A stretch of 63,009 nucleotides of DNA from Vulcanimicrobiales bacterium (GTDB lineage Bacteria; Vulcanimicrobiota; Vulcanimicrobiia; Vulcanimicrobiales; Vulcanimicrobiaceae), in assembly GCA_038215615.1 (NCBI GenBank), contig JBBQQR010000012.1, positions 1 to 63,009 of the forward strand, read 5' to 3'. Made by a program: the position numbers and the translations under genes. Position 1 is the first letter of the stretch. Each line of letters starts with the position of its first letter. This document shows positions 48,089-59,166 of the stretch, one piece after another. The notes below the pieces were generated by a model that ran no database searches, was not told the DNA's origin, and saw only the letters and a program-made list of their open reading frames with translations.

Positions 48089-48623
48089 GCAGTGGACGTT
48101 CTCCATGGATCGGCTCGAACGGCTTTCCGTCCGGGCCGAAAGCCAGCGGCTGCAAGCCGCGGCCGTGCAGCAGGCGCGAATTGACCGCACCGATGCGGAT
48201 CAAAATTCGATCATGCCCGAGCAACGGAAAAAGCAGGTTTAGCGGCGGCCCCTCTCTTTCACCCGTGAGCGCCAAGCGCGTTGCCAGCAGCGCATCTTCA
48301 GGCGAAAGACCGAACTCTTTTGCGATTTCAGAAAGGTCGCGATCCACCGGCAAACCGCGCAGCTCCGGCTGCTGATCCACGTATTGGCCGACTGAGTCGA
48401 CAAAAAAGAGTGTATCTCGAGAACGCAACCGCTCCAACTCGAGCGCCGGAATGATACATGCCTCCGACCGCAGCGCGCCGACGAGCGGCCGCGCGGTTTC
48501 GATCGAGCTGTCGGGATAGGCTTGGAGAAAAGTCTCGATCCATTGCCAAGCGGCGGCGGGTACCGGGTCTTCCAGAAATCCCCAGCGTTGCATCGCTGCC
48601 GCGAGCGCTTGTGGTTCCAACAC
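48081..48623 (-). CDS. Stand-alone glutamyl-tRNA synthetase anticodon-binding-like domain
   Basis: [28 protein letters not shown] resembles the GluRS C-terminus; no HIGH/KMSKS; sits at the gltX position. Confidence 0.65.
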   Translation of the reverse strand: MLEPQALAAAMQRWGFLEDPVPAAAWQWIETFLQAYPDSSIETARPLVGALRSEACIIPALELERLRSRDTLFFVDSVGQYVDQQPELRGLPVDRDLSEIAKEFGLSPEDALLATRLALTGEREGPPLNLLFPLLGHDRILIRIGAVNSRLLHGRGLQPLAFGPDGKPFEPIHGERPLHG

Positions 48624-48624
48624 G

Positions 48625-49098
48625 TTAGAGCGTTTCGATCAGCGCGACCGCGGAGGCGGCCACGCCCGTGCCGTCCCCGGTGTAACCCAGGCCTTCACTG
48701 CTTTTCGCCTTCACGCTGACCTGCCCGGTGGAAATCCCCAAACTGCGCGCGATATTCTCTCGCATCCGTTCGACAAACGGCGCCAGCCGCGGCGACTCCA
48801 GCACGATTGTCGCGTCCACATTTTGGATGGAGTAGCCCGCGCGCTGCACGTCTGCGGCGCATTGCGCGAGCAGCTGGAGCGAATCGGCGTTTTCCCAACG
48901 CGGATCTGAGGCCGGAAAGCGTCCACCCAGATCGCCGATCGCCGCCGCGCCCAGGATCGCGTCGCTCACCGCGTGCGCCAGCACATCGGCATCCGAGTGT
49001 CCGATGGCGCCGCGATCGCTTTCGATATGCACCCCACCCAGCACGAACTTTCGACCGAGCTCCAGACGGTGCGCGTCGAAACCGAACCCGGCGCGCAT
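48625..49098 (-). CDS. ispF: MECDP synthase
   Basis: MRAGFGFDAH, GHSDADVLAHA, VSVKAK. Confidence 0.95.
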   Translation of the reverse strand: MRAGFGFDAHRLELGRKFVLGGVHIESDRGAIGHSDADVLAHAVSDAILGAAAIGDLGGRFPASDPRWENADSLQLLAQCAADVQRAGYSIQNVDATIVLESPRLAPFVERMRENIARSLGISTGQVSVKAKSSEGLGYTGDGTGVAASAVALIETL

Positions 49099-49805
49099 TA
49101 ACGGGCGTCCGCAAAGCGGCGGCGGAGAATATCTTCGGCGCGCGCCAAGTCCTCCGGCAGCGTCACTTTGAAATTGTCGGGAGAGCCCGGCACGATCTGC
49201 ACCGTGACCCCGATGCGTTCCAGCAGCATCGCGTCGTCGGTAGCGGAAAAATGATCGCGGCGCGCGGCCTCGTGGGCCAAACGCATATCCGCAAGCGTCG
49301 CAAATTGCGGCGTCTGCGCGGCCCAAAGTCGTTCGCGCGGCGAGGTTTCTTTCACGATACGCGAATGCGGCTCCACGATCTTCACCGTATCGACCACCGG
49401 CACGGCGAGCAAACTTGCGAAGCCGTCGCCGATGATCTGCATGCCGTTGCGCACGATCTCCGCGTTGATGAGGGGGCGCGCCCCGTCATGGACGAGCACG
49501 GCGTCGCACCCGTCGGGAACCGCTCGCAGTCCCTCATAGACGCTGGCCTGCCGCGTTGCGCCGCCGGGCACGACCGCCGAACACTTCGTGCCGCCGGCAT
49601 GTGCGGCGAGCGCCGAGATCTCTGTCAGCCATTCGCTTTCGGTGACGACGACGACCGCATCGACTTCGGGCATCTCGGCGAACGTGCGAATCGACCATGC
49701 GAGCATAGGCCTTCCCGCGATCTCGAGCAATTGCTTGGGCCGGCCGAATCGCGTTCCCCGGCCTGCCGCGACGACGATGGCGGTCCACGACGGCGGGCGG
49801 CGCAT
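49098..49805 (-). CDS. ispD: MEP cytidylyltransferase
   Basis: AAGRGTRFG, VHDGARP, AQTPQ, TDDA, KVTLPEDL. Confidence 0.95.
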   Translation of the reverse strand: MRRPPSWTAIVVAAGRGTRFGRPKQLLEIAGRPMLAWSIRTFAEMPEVDAVVVVTESEWLTEISALAAHAGGTKCSAVVPGGATRQASVYEGLRAVPDGCDAVLVHDGARPLINAEIVRNGMQIIGDGFASLLAVPVVDTVKIVEPHSRIVKETSPRERLWAAQTPQFATLADMRLAHEAARRDHFSATDDAMLLERIGVTVQIVPGSPDNFKVTLPEDLARAEDILRRRFADAR

Positions 49806-50911
49806 CAGTTCGGCACGTCCTTTCGCGCTTTTGCGAAGATCATGCGGCCGGCCACTGTTTGCAAGACGCTCGAAACCACCACGTCGGCCGATTCACCGAT
49901 GAGCCGTCGCCCGTTTTCCACCACGATCATCGTTCCGTCGTCGAGATATCCGACGCCTTGATGGGACTCTTTGCCATCGCGAATCACCTGTATGTGCAGT
50001 TCTTCTCCCGGAAGAACGACCGGTTTGACCGCATTTGCGAGCTCGTTGACATTGAGCACCGCAACGCCTTCGACGTGCGCGACACGGTTAAGATTATAAT
50101 CGTTGGTGACGAGTTTGCCGCCGAGCTCGCGTGTCAGGCGTACCAGCTTTGCATCCGCTTCGCGGACGCCATCGTAATCGATTTCGCTGATTTCGAGTGA
50201 ACCGAGCTCTTGCAGCCGGTTGAGGACGTCTAGTCCGCGGCGTCCGCGCGTCCGCTTGAGTGCGTCGGCGGAATCCGCGACCGCCTGCAGCTCGCGTAAG
50301 ATGAAACGCGGCAAGATGAACGGACCCTCAAGAAATCCGGCCTGCAATATCTCCACGATGCGTCCGTCTACGATAATGGAGGTGTCGATAATCTTCGGGA
50401 CACTGCCGGCGGCTACGTTCGACGCCGCCAGCGAAAGCGGCACGATTTTCCTCGAGCCTACGCGCGCGCCCAGGTAAGCGAAAAAAACGCTCAGCACGAT
50501 GTAGAGCAGAATAGCGACGTAACTTCCGGATCGTCCGGTCGTCGAGATGAATTCGAAGAGAACGCTGCGGATGAGGAAAGCGATCACGAGGCCGGCGATC
50601 AGACCGATCGCTCCCCCGGCAATTTCGTACGGCGCCAGCCGCTCGATCGCGCGCTCGATCGCGTTGAGTTCTTTTTCGAAGATGGTCTGCGCGGCCGGCG
50701 CCAAGAAAAGTCCGAGTAATGCGCCGGCGAGCGGAACGCCGATCGTGAACGCGAGCTGCAGACTTTCGGCTGCGAAATGAGACGCCACGAGATAGACATA
50801 CGCCTCGCGTCCCAATAAGAATCCGGTAATGGCAAAAACGACCGCAAAAACGGCGCGAAGGATCGCGGCGGCGACGTGGGGGCCTAAGGAAGCGTTATGA
50901 ACGTTGCGCAT
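49805..50911 (-). CDS. YacL-like PIN/TRAM membrane protein
   Basis: Four TM helices, [29 protein letters not shown]. Confidence 0.9.
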   Translation of the reverse strand: MRNVHNASLGPHVAAAILRAVFAVVFAITGFLLGREAYVYLVASHFAAESLQLAFTIGVPLAGALLGLFLAPAAQTIFEKELNAIERAIERLAPYEIAGGAIGLIAGLVIAFLIRSVLFEFISTTGRSGSYVAILLYIVLSVFFAYLGARVGSRKIVPLSLAASNVAAGSVPKIIDTSIIVDGRIVEILQAGFLEGPFILPRFILRELQAVADSADALKRTRGRRGLDVLNRLQELGSLEISEIDYDGVREADAKLVRLTRELGGKLVTNDYNLNRVAHVEGVAVLNVNELANAVKPVVLPGEELHIQVIRDGKESHQGVGYLDDGTMIVVENGRRLIGESADVVVSSVLQTVAGRMIFAKARKDVPN

Positions 50912-52011
50912 ATGTCGTTGGCTACGAATCGACCGCGCTTGGTCAGCCGCGCGCCGGCTGCATCGACCTCGAGCAGTCCCGCCGCGCGATACGGCTCGAC
51001 GATTGAAGCGTAGTATTCCAAAAATTCCAACCCGTAACGTTCTTTGAAGGCTGCAAACGACAGCCCCTGCGCGGTGCGCAGGGCCAGCATAACGGCCTCC
51101 CCGGCGCGCTGCGCCCCTTCCAGACGTTCGGATTGGTCGGGAATTTTACGCCTCTCCGATGCGGCGGACACATACGCGTCCAAGTCACGCGTGTGCGTCG
51201 AACGCACGCCGTTCCGGTACGATGCGGCGCCGACGCCGAAGCCGGCGTACTCGCCGTTGGTCCAATAGTTTGCGTTGTGCGCGCAGTGATGTCCGGGACG
51301 GGCGAAGTTGCTGATCTCGTAGTGTTCGAAGCCCGCCCTCTCCAGGGTATCGATTGCCATCTCATAGAGGTCGGCCTCCAAGTCCTGATCGGCGAAAGCT
51401 GCCGGTTCACGATCGCGCCAAACCGCGTACGGTGTTCCTTCTTCAACCGTCAAACCGTAAACGGAAACATGATCCGGCGCAAGCGCGATCGCCGTCTCCA
51501 GCGAGGCCCGCCAACTCTCTTTGGTCTGCCCCGGAACCGCGAACATCAGATCGAGGCTTACACTGCCAATTCGGGCCGATCGAGCGGCCGCAATCGCGGC
51601 GCGCACTTGCGCGTCATCGTGGTGCCTCCCGAGCGTCCGGATCTCCATTTGCACAAACGATTGCACGCCGATGGACAGACGCGTCACGCCCGCAGCCGCG
51701 TACGTTTCTAAAACACCGGCCGTTACCAGCTCCGGGTTCACTTCAATCGTCACTTCGGGCGGCCGCGCGCCCGGAAATTTGGATGCGATACGCGCCAGCA
51801 AAGCGGCGATCGCTTCCGGCGCATACGTGTTCGGTGTCCCGCCTCCCAGAAACACAGTGTGTTCGCCATCGCCCGCCGGCGCCGCATCGATCTCGCTGTG
51901 CAACGCGTCCATGTAGCGCCGCGCCGCGCTTTCCTTATGCGGCCACTTCACGAAATCGCAGTACGGGCAAATATACGGACAGAACGGCAGGTGTACGTAG
52001 ATGCCGGTCAT
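50884..52011 (-). CDS. hemW: Radical SAM heme chaperone HemW
   Basis: [33 protein letters not shown]. Confidence 0.92.
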   Translation of the reverse strand: MTGIYVHLPFCPYICPYCDFVKWPHKESAARRYMDALHSEIDAAPAGDGEHTVFLGGGTPNTYAPEAIAALLARIASKFPGARPPEVTIEVNPELVTAGVLETYAAAGVTRLSIGVQSFVQMEIRTLGRHHDDAQVRAAIAAARSARIGSVSLDLMFAVPGQTKESWRASLETAIALAPDHVSVYGLTVEEGTPYAVWRDREPAAFADQDLEADLYEMAIDTLERAGFEHYEISNFARPGHHCAHNANYWTNGEYAGFGVGAASYRNGVRSTHTRDLDAYVSAASERRKIPDQSERLEGAQRAGEAVMLALRTAQGLSFAAFKERYGLEFLEYYASIVEPYRAAGLLEVDAAGARLTKRGRFVANDICATFITLP

Positions 52012-52856
52012 TGCGCCGAGAACACTCCGACGGCTCCGGGACCGCCGTGCGTAGCGATCACCGGGCCCGCTTCGAGTACTTCTAGCAATCTCGGCTTGGC
52101 GCCGGCGAAGCGTTGCTCGAGCCGCTCGCGCACCGTTTCGGCAAGCGCGGGCGCGTTCGTATGCATCACCAAGAAACGCCCTTCCGGAATTTCACGCACG
52201 TTTTTTAGCGCCAAGTCGATCATCGCCTCTTCGGCCCGTGCAAACGTCCGGACTTGCGCTTCGGCGACAACCTCTCCGTCATGCAGTGAAATGACCGGTA
52301 CGATCTTCATCAGCGTCCCGATCGCAGCCTGGGCTTTTCCAATCCGTCCGGTTCGCACGACGTGCGAAAGATCGGGAATGCAAGCGTACAGCCGCTGCGC
52401 GCGCCGCTCGTTTTCGAGGGCCTGCACGATCTGGTCCGCACCAGCCCCACCTTTGGCCAAGTCATTCGCTATCCGGGCCTGCATACCCAGACCGCCAGCG
52501 ACGCTGAGGGAATCGAAGATCGTGATGCGCGCGCCGTCGAACCGGCCGGCGGCCGCGCGCGCGGCATTTATAGTGCCTGAGAGTTTGGAGCTGACCGTTA
52601 TGCAAACGATCTCTTGACCCGCGCTCGCGAGCGGCGCGAATGCCTCTTCGAACATCTGCGGCGAGGGCTGGGATGTTTTCGGTAATTCGGATTCGGATGC
52701 CAGCCGCCGGTAAAACTCCCGGCGGCTCAGATCGATGTAGTCGCGGTAGCTGCGGTCGCCCCAGATGACGAAAAGCGGAACGACGGTAATGCCCAGGTGA
52801 TCCGCAAGCTGCGGCTCGATATCCGACGTGCTGTCGGTGACGATCCCAACAGCCAT
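52008..52856 (-). CDS. DegV family fatty-acid-binding protein (FakB)
   Basis: IVTDSTSD, KTSQPS, SSKLSGT, HGGPG. Confidence 0.93.
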   Translation of the reverse strand: MAVGIVTDSTSDIEPQLADHLGITVVPLFVIWGDRSYRDYIDLSRREFYRRLASESELPKTSQPSPQMFEEAFAPLASAGQEIVCITVSSKLSGTINAARAAAGRFDGARITIFDSLSVAGGLGMQARIANDLAKGGAGADQIVQALENERRAQRLYACIPDLSHVVRTGRIGKAQAAIGTLMKIVPVISLHDGEVVAEAQVRTFARAEEAMIDLALKNVREIPEGRFLVMHTNAPALAETVRERLEQRFAGAKPRLLEVLEAGPVIATHGGPGAVGVFSAQ

Positions 52857-52862
52857 GAGCCG

Positions 52863-53876
52863 TTAGACCTCGGTCAGATCGGGCGTAACAAGATCGCTGA
52901 TCTTGCCGACGACGTCATTGCGCACTTCGTCGGCGGCAACGTGTATGGCGCCTCTTATGGCATTACGCGTCGCACGTCCGTGCGTCACGATGCAGTTTCC
53001 GCGCAGCCCCAGCAGCGGCGCGCCGCCGTATTCCTCGTAATCGAATTTCCGCCGCAAACCGCGCAATGCGGGAGCAACGAGCGCAGCGCCGATCTTCGTG
53101 ACGAAATTTCCGCCCAGAATCGTCTCGCGAATCACCTTTCCGAGATCGCTGATAAGGCCTTCACCCATTTTAAGCACGACGTTGCCGACGAAGCCGTCGA
53201 CAACGACCACGTCAGCCGCGTTGTGAAAGAGATCTTTACCTTCCACGTTGCCGATGAAATTGATTGGCGCACGTTCGAGCAGCTTGGCCGCTTCGAGCAC
53301 TTGCGCGTTCCCTTTCGAGCGCTCTTCGCCAATCGAAAGAATCGCGACACGCGGATTGGCGATCTTCAGCACCGCCTTGGCGTAAGACGATCCCATGATG
53401 CCGAACTGCTCGAGCCACTCGGGGCGGCAGTCGACGTTTGCGCCCGAATCGAGCAGCACCATAGGCCCATTGAGCGCGGGCCAGACGGTCGCGATGGCGG
53501 GACGCGCGATGCCGGCGATCGGCCGGAGTTTTACCAAAGCAATTCCCAAGAACGCCGCGCTGTTGCCGGCTGAAACGACAGCGTCGGCACGGCCGTCTTT
53601 CACGGCTTCAACTGCTACGCCCAGCGACGTCTCCCCGGCAATGCGCAGCGCCTGCGATGCGTGCATATCCATCGGTACGTTCTTGGGCGCGTGCAAGATC
53701 GCAATGCGGGACGCCGCCGGTCCGCGCAGCAGCGGCCTAATCTGGGCTTCGTCGCCGGCCAGGGTTAGGTCGGCGTAATCGCCTTGCGCTGCCAGCAAAG
53801 CACCAGCGACGATCTCCGCCGGAGCGTGATCGCCGCCCATCGCATCGATGACGATGCGCGGGCGCGCGTTATTCAT
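52863..53876 (-). CDS. plsX: Phosphate acyltransferase PlsX
   Basis: IDAMGGDHAP, LDSGANVD, DGFVGNVVLK, GGAPLLG. Confidence 0.95.
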   Translation of the reverse strand: MNNARPRIVIDAMGGDHAPAEIVAGALLAAQGDYADLTLAGDEAQIRPLLRGPAASRIAILHAPKNVPMDMHASQALRIAGETSLGVAVEAVKDGRADAVVSAGNSAAFLGIALVKLRPIAGIARPAIATVWPALNGPMVLLDSGANVDCRPEWLEQFGIMGSSYAKAVLKIANPRVAILSIGEERSKGNAQVLEAAKLLERAPINFIGNVEGKDLFHNAADVVVVDGFVGNVVLKMGEGLISDLGKVIRETILGGNFVTKIGAALVAPALRGLRRKFDYEEYGGAPLLGLRGNCIVTHGRATRNAIRGAIHVAADEVRNDVVGKISDLVTPDLTEV

Positions 53877-55455
53877 CGCGCGAGATCCAAAACTCGACGT
53901 CGCGCTGGCCACCGAAATAATATTCGGCCTCGGCGGACGGAAATTCGGCCCGCAGGCGTTCGGCCAACCGTTGCGCGTCGCGTTCTTTTTGCGCACCCCC
54001 GTAGTACACGGTGATCAACCCTCCATCTCGTGCGCCCATGGCATCCAAGGCCGACGCGGCCGCATCCGCGAGCGACTTCCCGGCATACAGGCTGCCGCCG
54101 CTTGACGCAGCCGGCTTCCCGCGTGCGACGGTCGTTCCACCGAGCGTTGCGTCCTTCCCGGCGAAGAAGACTTGCGCGCTTCGCGGACGCGCGGCCGAAG
54201 CCATGACCTCTTTGGGCGGCGGAACGCCGCTGTTACTCGATCGCATCGCAAAGAGACCCGCAATCCCCGCCACGATGTCGGGAGTCGGCAGAATCAGAAC
54301 CGAGCGGCCGCTCAGCCTCACCGCTTCTTGCGCCGCGAGCACCGCGTTCTTATCGTTCACGAACACGTACACGTCGGGCGCCAAACAGGAATTGATCGCG
54401 AGCAGAAACTCTCTCACGCTGGGGTTTTTGTGCGTCACGAGCGGCACTTCTACGCCGAGCTCCCGCACGATGCGTTCGAAGCCTAATCCCGGCACAACGG
54501 CAACCACGGAATAGGGCGGCGCCGGCGCGTCGATCAGAACGTTGTGCTGCTGCTCCATGTCGTCGACTTTCAAGCGCGTAACGGTTCCGTATTTTGCGGC
54601 GGCTTCTTGGACGCGGTCGGGATGGTCGGTGTGAATGTGGACCTTCAGCGTCGGAGTTTCGCCGGCGACGATCAGCGAGTCGCCGCGGGGCTGCAGCGCT
54701 TCACGCAGATCGAGCGGCGCGCATGTCGCGCCTTCAAGAATGAACTCGGTGCAAAACTTCCGCTCGCCCACGTGCTGCTGCGGCGTAAATGCCGTCTGCC
54801 GCAGGGGCCGCCGCGGAAACGCAGTCGCGTGTACTTTGCTGTCGGGCAGAAAGCGTAAGGCTCCCTCAAGGAAATAGACGAAGCCCGCGCCGCCGGCATC
54901 CACAACTCCGGCTTCCTTTAATACTGGCAGCTGGTCGGGCGTCCGATCCAAGGCCTCGTTGGCAGCACGCAGCACGGCGTTGCACAGCCGGTAAAAATCT
55001 TTCTCGTGCAAAGCTAAACGGTAGGCGGCCTCGGCGGCAGCGTCGGCCACGCTCAGGATGGTTCCCTCAACCGGGCGCACCAAGGCTTGCCGCGCGGCCG
55101 CGACGGCTTCGCGCATTCCCGTCGCGAAAACGAACGTGTCGATTGAGTCCCGGTGCCGGACGTGGTGCGCGAAACCCCGGAGCATCTGGGAGATGATGAC
55201 GCCGGAATTGCCCCGGGCTCCCATCAGGCTGCCCTGGGCGGCCGCTTCGGCCACTTTCGAGATGGGACCGTCCTGATGTTTGGCCGCTTCGAGGGCCGCC
55301 TGCCGCACCGTCAGGTACATGTTGGTCCCGGTGTCGCCGTCGGGCACAGGAAAAACGTTCAAATCGTTGAGGACTTGGCGGTATTTACGCACGAAATAGG
55401 AACCGGCCGCAATGAATTTGGAATAGCCGCGGCCGTCCAGGACGGTAACATCCAT
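53869..55455 (-). CDS. DAK2-domain fatty acid kinase subunit (FakA)
   Basis: [33 protein letters not shown]. Confidence 0.93.
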   Translation of the reverse strand: MDVTVLDGRGYSKFIAAGSYFVRKYRQVLNDLNVFPVPDGDTGTNMYLTVRQAALEAAKHQDGPISKVAEAAAQGSLMGARGNSGVIISQMLRGFAHHVRHRDSIDTFVFATGMREAVAAARQALVRPVEGTILSVADAAAEAAYRLALHEKDFYRLCNAVLRAANEALDRTPDQLPVLKEAGVVDAGGAGFVYFLEGALRFLPDSKVHATAFPRRPLRQTAFTPQQHVGERKFCTEFILEGATCAPLDLREALQPRGDSLIVAGETPTLKVHIHTDHPDRVQEAAAKYGTVTRLKVDDMEQQHNVLIDAPAPPYSVVAVVPGLGFERIVRELGVEVPLVTHKNPSVREFLLAINSCLAPDVYVFVNDKNAVLAAQEAVRLSGRSVLILPTPDIVAGIAGLFAMRSSNSGVPPPKEVMASAARPRSAQVFFAGKDATLGGTTVARGKPAASSGGSLYAGKSLADAAASALDAMGARDGGLITVYYGGAQKERDAQRLAERLRAEFPSAEAEYYFGGQRDVEFWISRDE

Positions 55456-55549
55456 CGGGCGATGCCCTTCTCGCTCGACTGCCCGTCATCCTGAGTTTGC
55501 GCAAGGGCCATTGTCAATGCCCCCAGGCCATGGTACTATGCGGAACGTT

Positions 55550-55741
55550 ATGGCAAAACGCTGTGAAGTCTGCGGCAAGGGACCGATGGCCGGCAACAAT
55601 GTCAGCCACGCGATGAACAAGACCAAGCGCCGCTGGCTGCCCAACCTTCAGTCGGTCAGAATAACCGACCGCGGCACCAACCGCACCGCGAAGGTCTGCG
55701 CGGCATGCCTGCGCGCGAAGCGCGTCACCCGCAAAGCCTAA
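55550..55741 (+). CDS. rpmB: 50S ribosomal protein L28
   Basis: [23 protein letters not shown]; promoter TTGTCA-17 nt-TACTAT at 55511-55539. Confidence 0.96.
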   Translation: MAKRCEVCGKGPMAGNNVSHAMNKTKRRWLPNLQSVRITDRGTNRTAKVCAACLRAKRVTRKA

Positions 55742-56667
55742 GGCGAAAAGTGGTCCCAACCCGTAGCGGCAACCTCTTGCTCGCCGCTATCGGTTTTTCT
55801 TACTACTCCTGAGCCCTCACGAATAATCCCGACGCGCTCGAGATCGCGGCCGAAGCGTTTCCGAAAACGTGCGGCCACGTAACGGAACGCTCGCGCTTTT
55901 ACGGCGACAAGGAGCTCGTAATCTTCGCCCGCCCCCAGCGCATAGGTCTCCGGTTCTTCTCCTGCTTCGCGCGCGGCAGTTTGCGCGGCCGGCGCTACCG
56001 GCACTCGTTCGATCAGTGCTGCGCATTTCGACTGCGCGCACAAGCGCGCCAAATCGCTGGACAGTCCATCGGACACATCCATCATTGCGCGCACTGATGC
56101 ACTTGATGCCAGCCACCGGCCTTCCGAGATGCGCGGCAATGCCACCGCCCGGAATCCGCTTGCACGCGCAGCACCGAGCGCTCCGGTGACCGCGATAACG
56201 TCCCCGGGCCGCGCGCCGGAGCGCAGCGCAACGTTTGATGCGCGAACCTCACCGACGACCGTCACCGCGAGCGCGATGACCGGCGCGCGCGTGAGATCGC
56301 CGCCCGCGATCGCACATGCATTGGCGGCGGCACATTCGGCAATGCCGCGGTACAGCGCCAGCGTGTCGTCGCGAACGCGCTCCGGAGGAACCGAGAGTGA
56401 AACAACCGCCAGGACGGGACGCGCGCCCATAGCGGCGATGTCGCTCAGACTCGCGCCCATCGCGCGCCGGCCCGCGTTTTCGAGCGAGTCCTCGCGCTTG
56501 AAATGCACGTTCTCCACGAACGTATCGGTCGTTACGACGCTGCGGTGCGAGCGCGACGGCTGCCAAACCGCCGCGTCGTCGCCGATGCCGGTGAAGATCG
56601 CGCCAGCATCCGGCCGCTCGACGAGTTGGCGGATCTCTTCAACGAGCCGGTCTTCGAACGCGCTCAG
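55738..56667 (-). CDS. thiL: Thiamine-monophosphate kinase, probable CTG start
   Basis: The frame extends upstream of the track ORF ([31 protein letters not shown]); SDIAAMG, DVSDGL, GEDYEL. Confidence 0.9.
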   Translation of the reverse strand: MSAFEDRLVEEIRQLVERPDAGAIFTGIGDDAAVWQPSRSHRSVVTTDTFVENVHFKREDSLENAGRRAMGASLSDIAAMGARPVLAVVSLSVPPERVRDDTLALYRGIAECAAANACAIAGGDLTRAPVIALAVTVVGEVRASNVALRSGARPGDVIAVTGALGAARASGFRAVALPRISEGRWLASSASVRAMMDVSDGLSSDLARLCAQSKCAALIERVPVAPAAQTAAREAGEEPETYALGAGEDYELLVAVKARAFRYVAARFRKRFGRDLERVGIIREGSGVVRKTDSGEQEVAATGWDHFSP

Positions 56668-57335
56668 CGGGTTGCGGCCCCGTCGAGCAGTTCGCGGAAC
56701 TGCTTCGTCGCGCTGCCGCAGTTCGGCGTATCGAAGATGGCCGAACCGATCACAATGACGTCGGCGCCGGCTTCCGCGGCGCCGCGCGCATTTTCCAGCG
56801 TTATCCCGCCGTCTACTTCGATGTCGAACTTCGCACCGGAACGCTCGCGTAACGTTTTCGTTTCGCGAAGTTTTTCCAGCGCGTGCGGAATGAAACGCTG
56901 ACCGCCAAAACCGGGGTTCACGCTCATCACGAGCGCCAAATCGAAATCTCCCGCGAGGTCTTCCAGCATCGCGACCGGCGTTTGGGGCGAAATGGAGATC
57001 CCGGACTTCGCGCCGATGGATCGGATGTGTTCCAAGAGCCGGTGCGCCTGCGTGGTGGCCTCCAAATGGAACGTGATGATCTCCGCTCCGGCCTCGCGGA
57101 ATCGATCCACATACCGCTCGGGCTCGACAATCATGAGGTGGCAGTCGAAAACGAGCGCCGTATGTTGACGCAGATCGGCAATCACTTTGGGACCCCAGGT
57201 AATATTCGGAACAAAGCGGCCGTCCATGACATCGAGATGGACGTAGGACGCGCCGTTGCGTTCGACTTCAGCGATCTGTTCGGCGATCCGGCTAAAATCC
57301 GCCGAAAGAATCGAAGGCGCGATCTTAACGGCCAT
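56664..57335 (-). CDS. rpe: Ribulose-phosphate 3-epimerase
   Basis: IAPSILSADF, HLDVMDG, MSVNPGFGGQ, VDGG. Confidence 0.97.
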   Translation of the reverse strand: MAVKIAPSILSADFSRIAEQIAEVERNGASYVHLDVMDGRFVPNITWGPKVIADLRQHTALVFDCHLMIVEPERYVDRFREAGAEIITFHLEATTQAHRLLEHIRSIGAKSGISISPQTPVAMLEDLAGDFDLALVMSVNPGFGGQRFIPHALEKLRETKTLRERSGAKFDIEVDGGITLENARGAAEAGADVIVIGSAIFDTPNCGSATKQFRELLDGAATR

Positions 57336-58383
57336 GCGCATTCTTCGTGGCCGGAGCCGGAGCTCCGTAGGCGTTGGGCGGCTCTTGTCCGACTTTCGTT
57401 TCGCCCATCAGCGTATCGTTAACGAAAAAATACACGGCGGACGTGCCGATGGTCGTTACGGTCAGATCGAATTTCTGGCCCGGCGTCGCGTAGCCGTTAT
57501 ACACGTCGTATTGCCCCGTTGCATCGCTCACCGAAAACCGCACGCGCAAAGCCTTGTTCTGGTCGGCTTCCGATGGCGGCACCGCCGCGAGAATGTGCGT
57601 CTGATGAATGATGTAGCCCGATTCGTGCGGCCCCGCGCTAACGTCGAGCGAAACCGTATCGTAGGTTCCAATCATCGAGCCGGGCGCGGGCCTTTGCTCG
57701 ACGACGGTTCCGTGCGCCGGACCACCCGGACCCAGCGGCGTCCACACGACTTGGCCGAGCTTTACGTGCGCCGCGGCGGCGGCTCCGCGGGCTCCGTCGA
57801 TGTCCATGCCGGTCATGTCGGGAACGCGCACGGTCGGATTGCCGCCTTTGCTGATCAGCAGCGAAACGGCCGCGCCCTCAGCGATACTCATCGACGGCTC
57901 GGGATTTTGCGAAATCACGTGATCCGATGGGATGTCGTCACTGGGCGCGTAGGTCGTCTTTGTCAGCGTGAGGTGCGCCTGCGAAAGATCGAGCCGCGCG
58001 TCGCGGTAGGACTGATAGCGTAAATCCGGCATCAACTCAGATTTCAAGCCGTCACTCACAATCAGCGAAATCTGCCGTCCGGCGCGGACGTGCAGTCCGG
58101 CCTGCGGCTGTTGGCTCATCACCACGCCCTTGGGGAATCGATTGCTGATCGAGTGCCCTGCAATCGTCGCTTTAAGATTTATGCGCGCGATTGCGCCGGT
58201 TGCGTCGTTGGCGGTGAGCCCGATGAACGACGGTACCGTTACGGTATTGGGTCCGGGCAACAAAAATTGCTGAACGGAGTGTCCAAACCAGACGAGTACG
58301 CCGACAAATGCGGCAAGAACCAACGGGAAGACCCAATCGCGCGGTATGTAACGCTCGATCGGGGGACGAGCGTCTGCGCTCAC
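57325..58383 (-). CDS. Membrane-anchored PASTA-domain protein without kinase domain
   Basis: One TM helix and three PASTA repeats (VPSFIG, MPDLRY, VPDMTG). Confidence 0.85.
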   Translation of the reverse strand: MSADARPPIERYIPRDWVFPLVLAAFVGVLVWFGHSVQQFLLPGPNTVTVPSFIGLTANDATGAIARINLKATIAGHSISNRFPKGVVMSQQPQAGLHVRAGRQISLIVSDGLKSELMPDLRYQSYRDARLDLSQAHLTLTKTTYAPSDDIPSDHVISQNPEPSMSIAEGAAVSLLISKGGNPTVRVPDMTGMDIDGARGAAAAAHVKLGQVVWTPLGPGGPAHGTVVEQRPAPGSMIGTYDTVSLDVSAGPHESGYIIHQTHILAAVPPSEADQNKALRVRFSVSDATGQYDVYNGYATPGQKFDLTVTTIGTSAVYFFVNDTLMGETKVGQEPPNAYGAPAPATKNAHGR

Positions 58384-59126
58384 GTGGCGAGAGCCTCCAG
58401 CGCCGCCTCGCTGACATCGAGGTTGGAGAAGACTCGCTGCGCGTCTTCATGTTCTTCGAGCGCTTCCAAAAAGTTCAGCGCCTCCGTCAAGTCTGCGCCT
58501 TGCAAAGGCGAGTTCTGCTTTGCGCGCACGCCGAGAAACGCCCCGGAAACCTTCACCCCGGCGTTCTGAAGCGCCGACCGCACTTCGCCTAAGCGCACGG
58601 GATCCGTGTAAACCTCGGACGGCTGCCCGTACTCGAGATCGACAACTCCAGCGACCAACGCCGCCTCGGTGAGTTCGTCTTCCGAACGCCCTTGAGGATC
58701 GACCTCCAGCACACCGACGGGATCGAACATCCATGCGACGCTGCCGGTCTCTCCTAAACTTCCGCTGTTCTTGCTGAACAGAAACCGCAGTTCGCCCGCC
58801 GTACGATTGCGGTTGTCAGTGGCCGCATCGATCACGACGGCGAGGCCGTGCGGCCCGTATCCCTCGTAACGAATCTCGTGGATCTCTTTTTCGCCGACAC
58901 CGCCGGACGCGCGCGCGATCGCGCGTTTAATGTTGTCCGCCGGCATGTTGTTCTCGCGCGCTTTTTCAACGGCCATTTTCAGCCGGTAATTGGACTCGGG
59001 ATCGGGCGAGCCCGACTTCGCGGCCAGAATGATCTCTTTGCTCAATTTCGTGAAAAGTGCGCCGCGCTGCGCGTCAACTTTGCCCTTGCGCAGCTTGATG
59101 TTATGCCATTTGGAGTGCCCGGACAT
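58380..59126 (-). CDS. yebC: YebC/PmpR family protein
   Basis: MSGHSKWHNIK, YEGYGPHG, TDNRNRT. Confidence 0.95.
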   Translation of the reverse strand: MSGHSKWHNIKLRKGKVDAQRGALFTKLSKEIILAAKSGSPDPESNYRLKMAVEKARENNMPADNIKRAIARASGGVGEKEIHEIRYEGYGPHGLAVVIDAATDNRNRTAGELRFLFSKNSGSLGETGSVAWMFDPVGVLEVDPQGRSEDELTEAALVAGVVDLEYGQPSEVYTDPVRLGEVRSALQNAGVKVSGAFLGVRAKQNSPLQGADLTEALNFLEALEEHEDAQRVFSNLDVSEAALEALAT

Positions 59127-59166
59127 CAGGCCCTTACCTTTGGCTTTCGGGCCGGAACTGTCATGC

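Noticed and set aside
47500..48630. T-box before cysE as in Bacillus
   Set aside because: The genes overlap or abut, leaving no room, and no T-box motif was seen.
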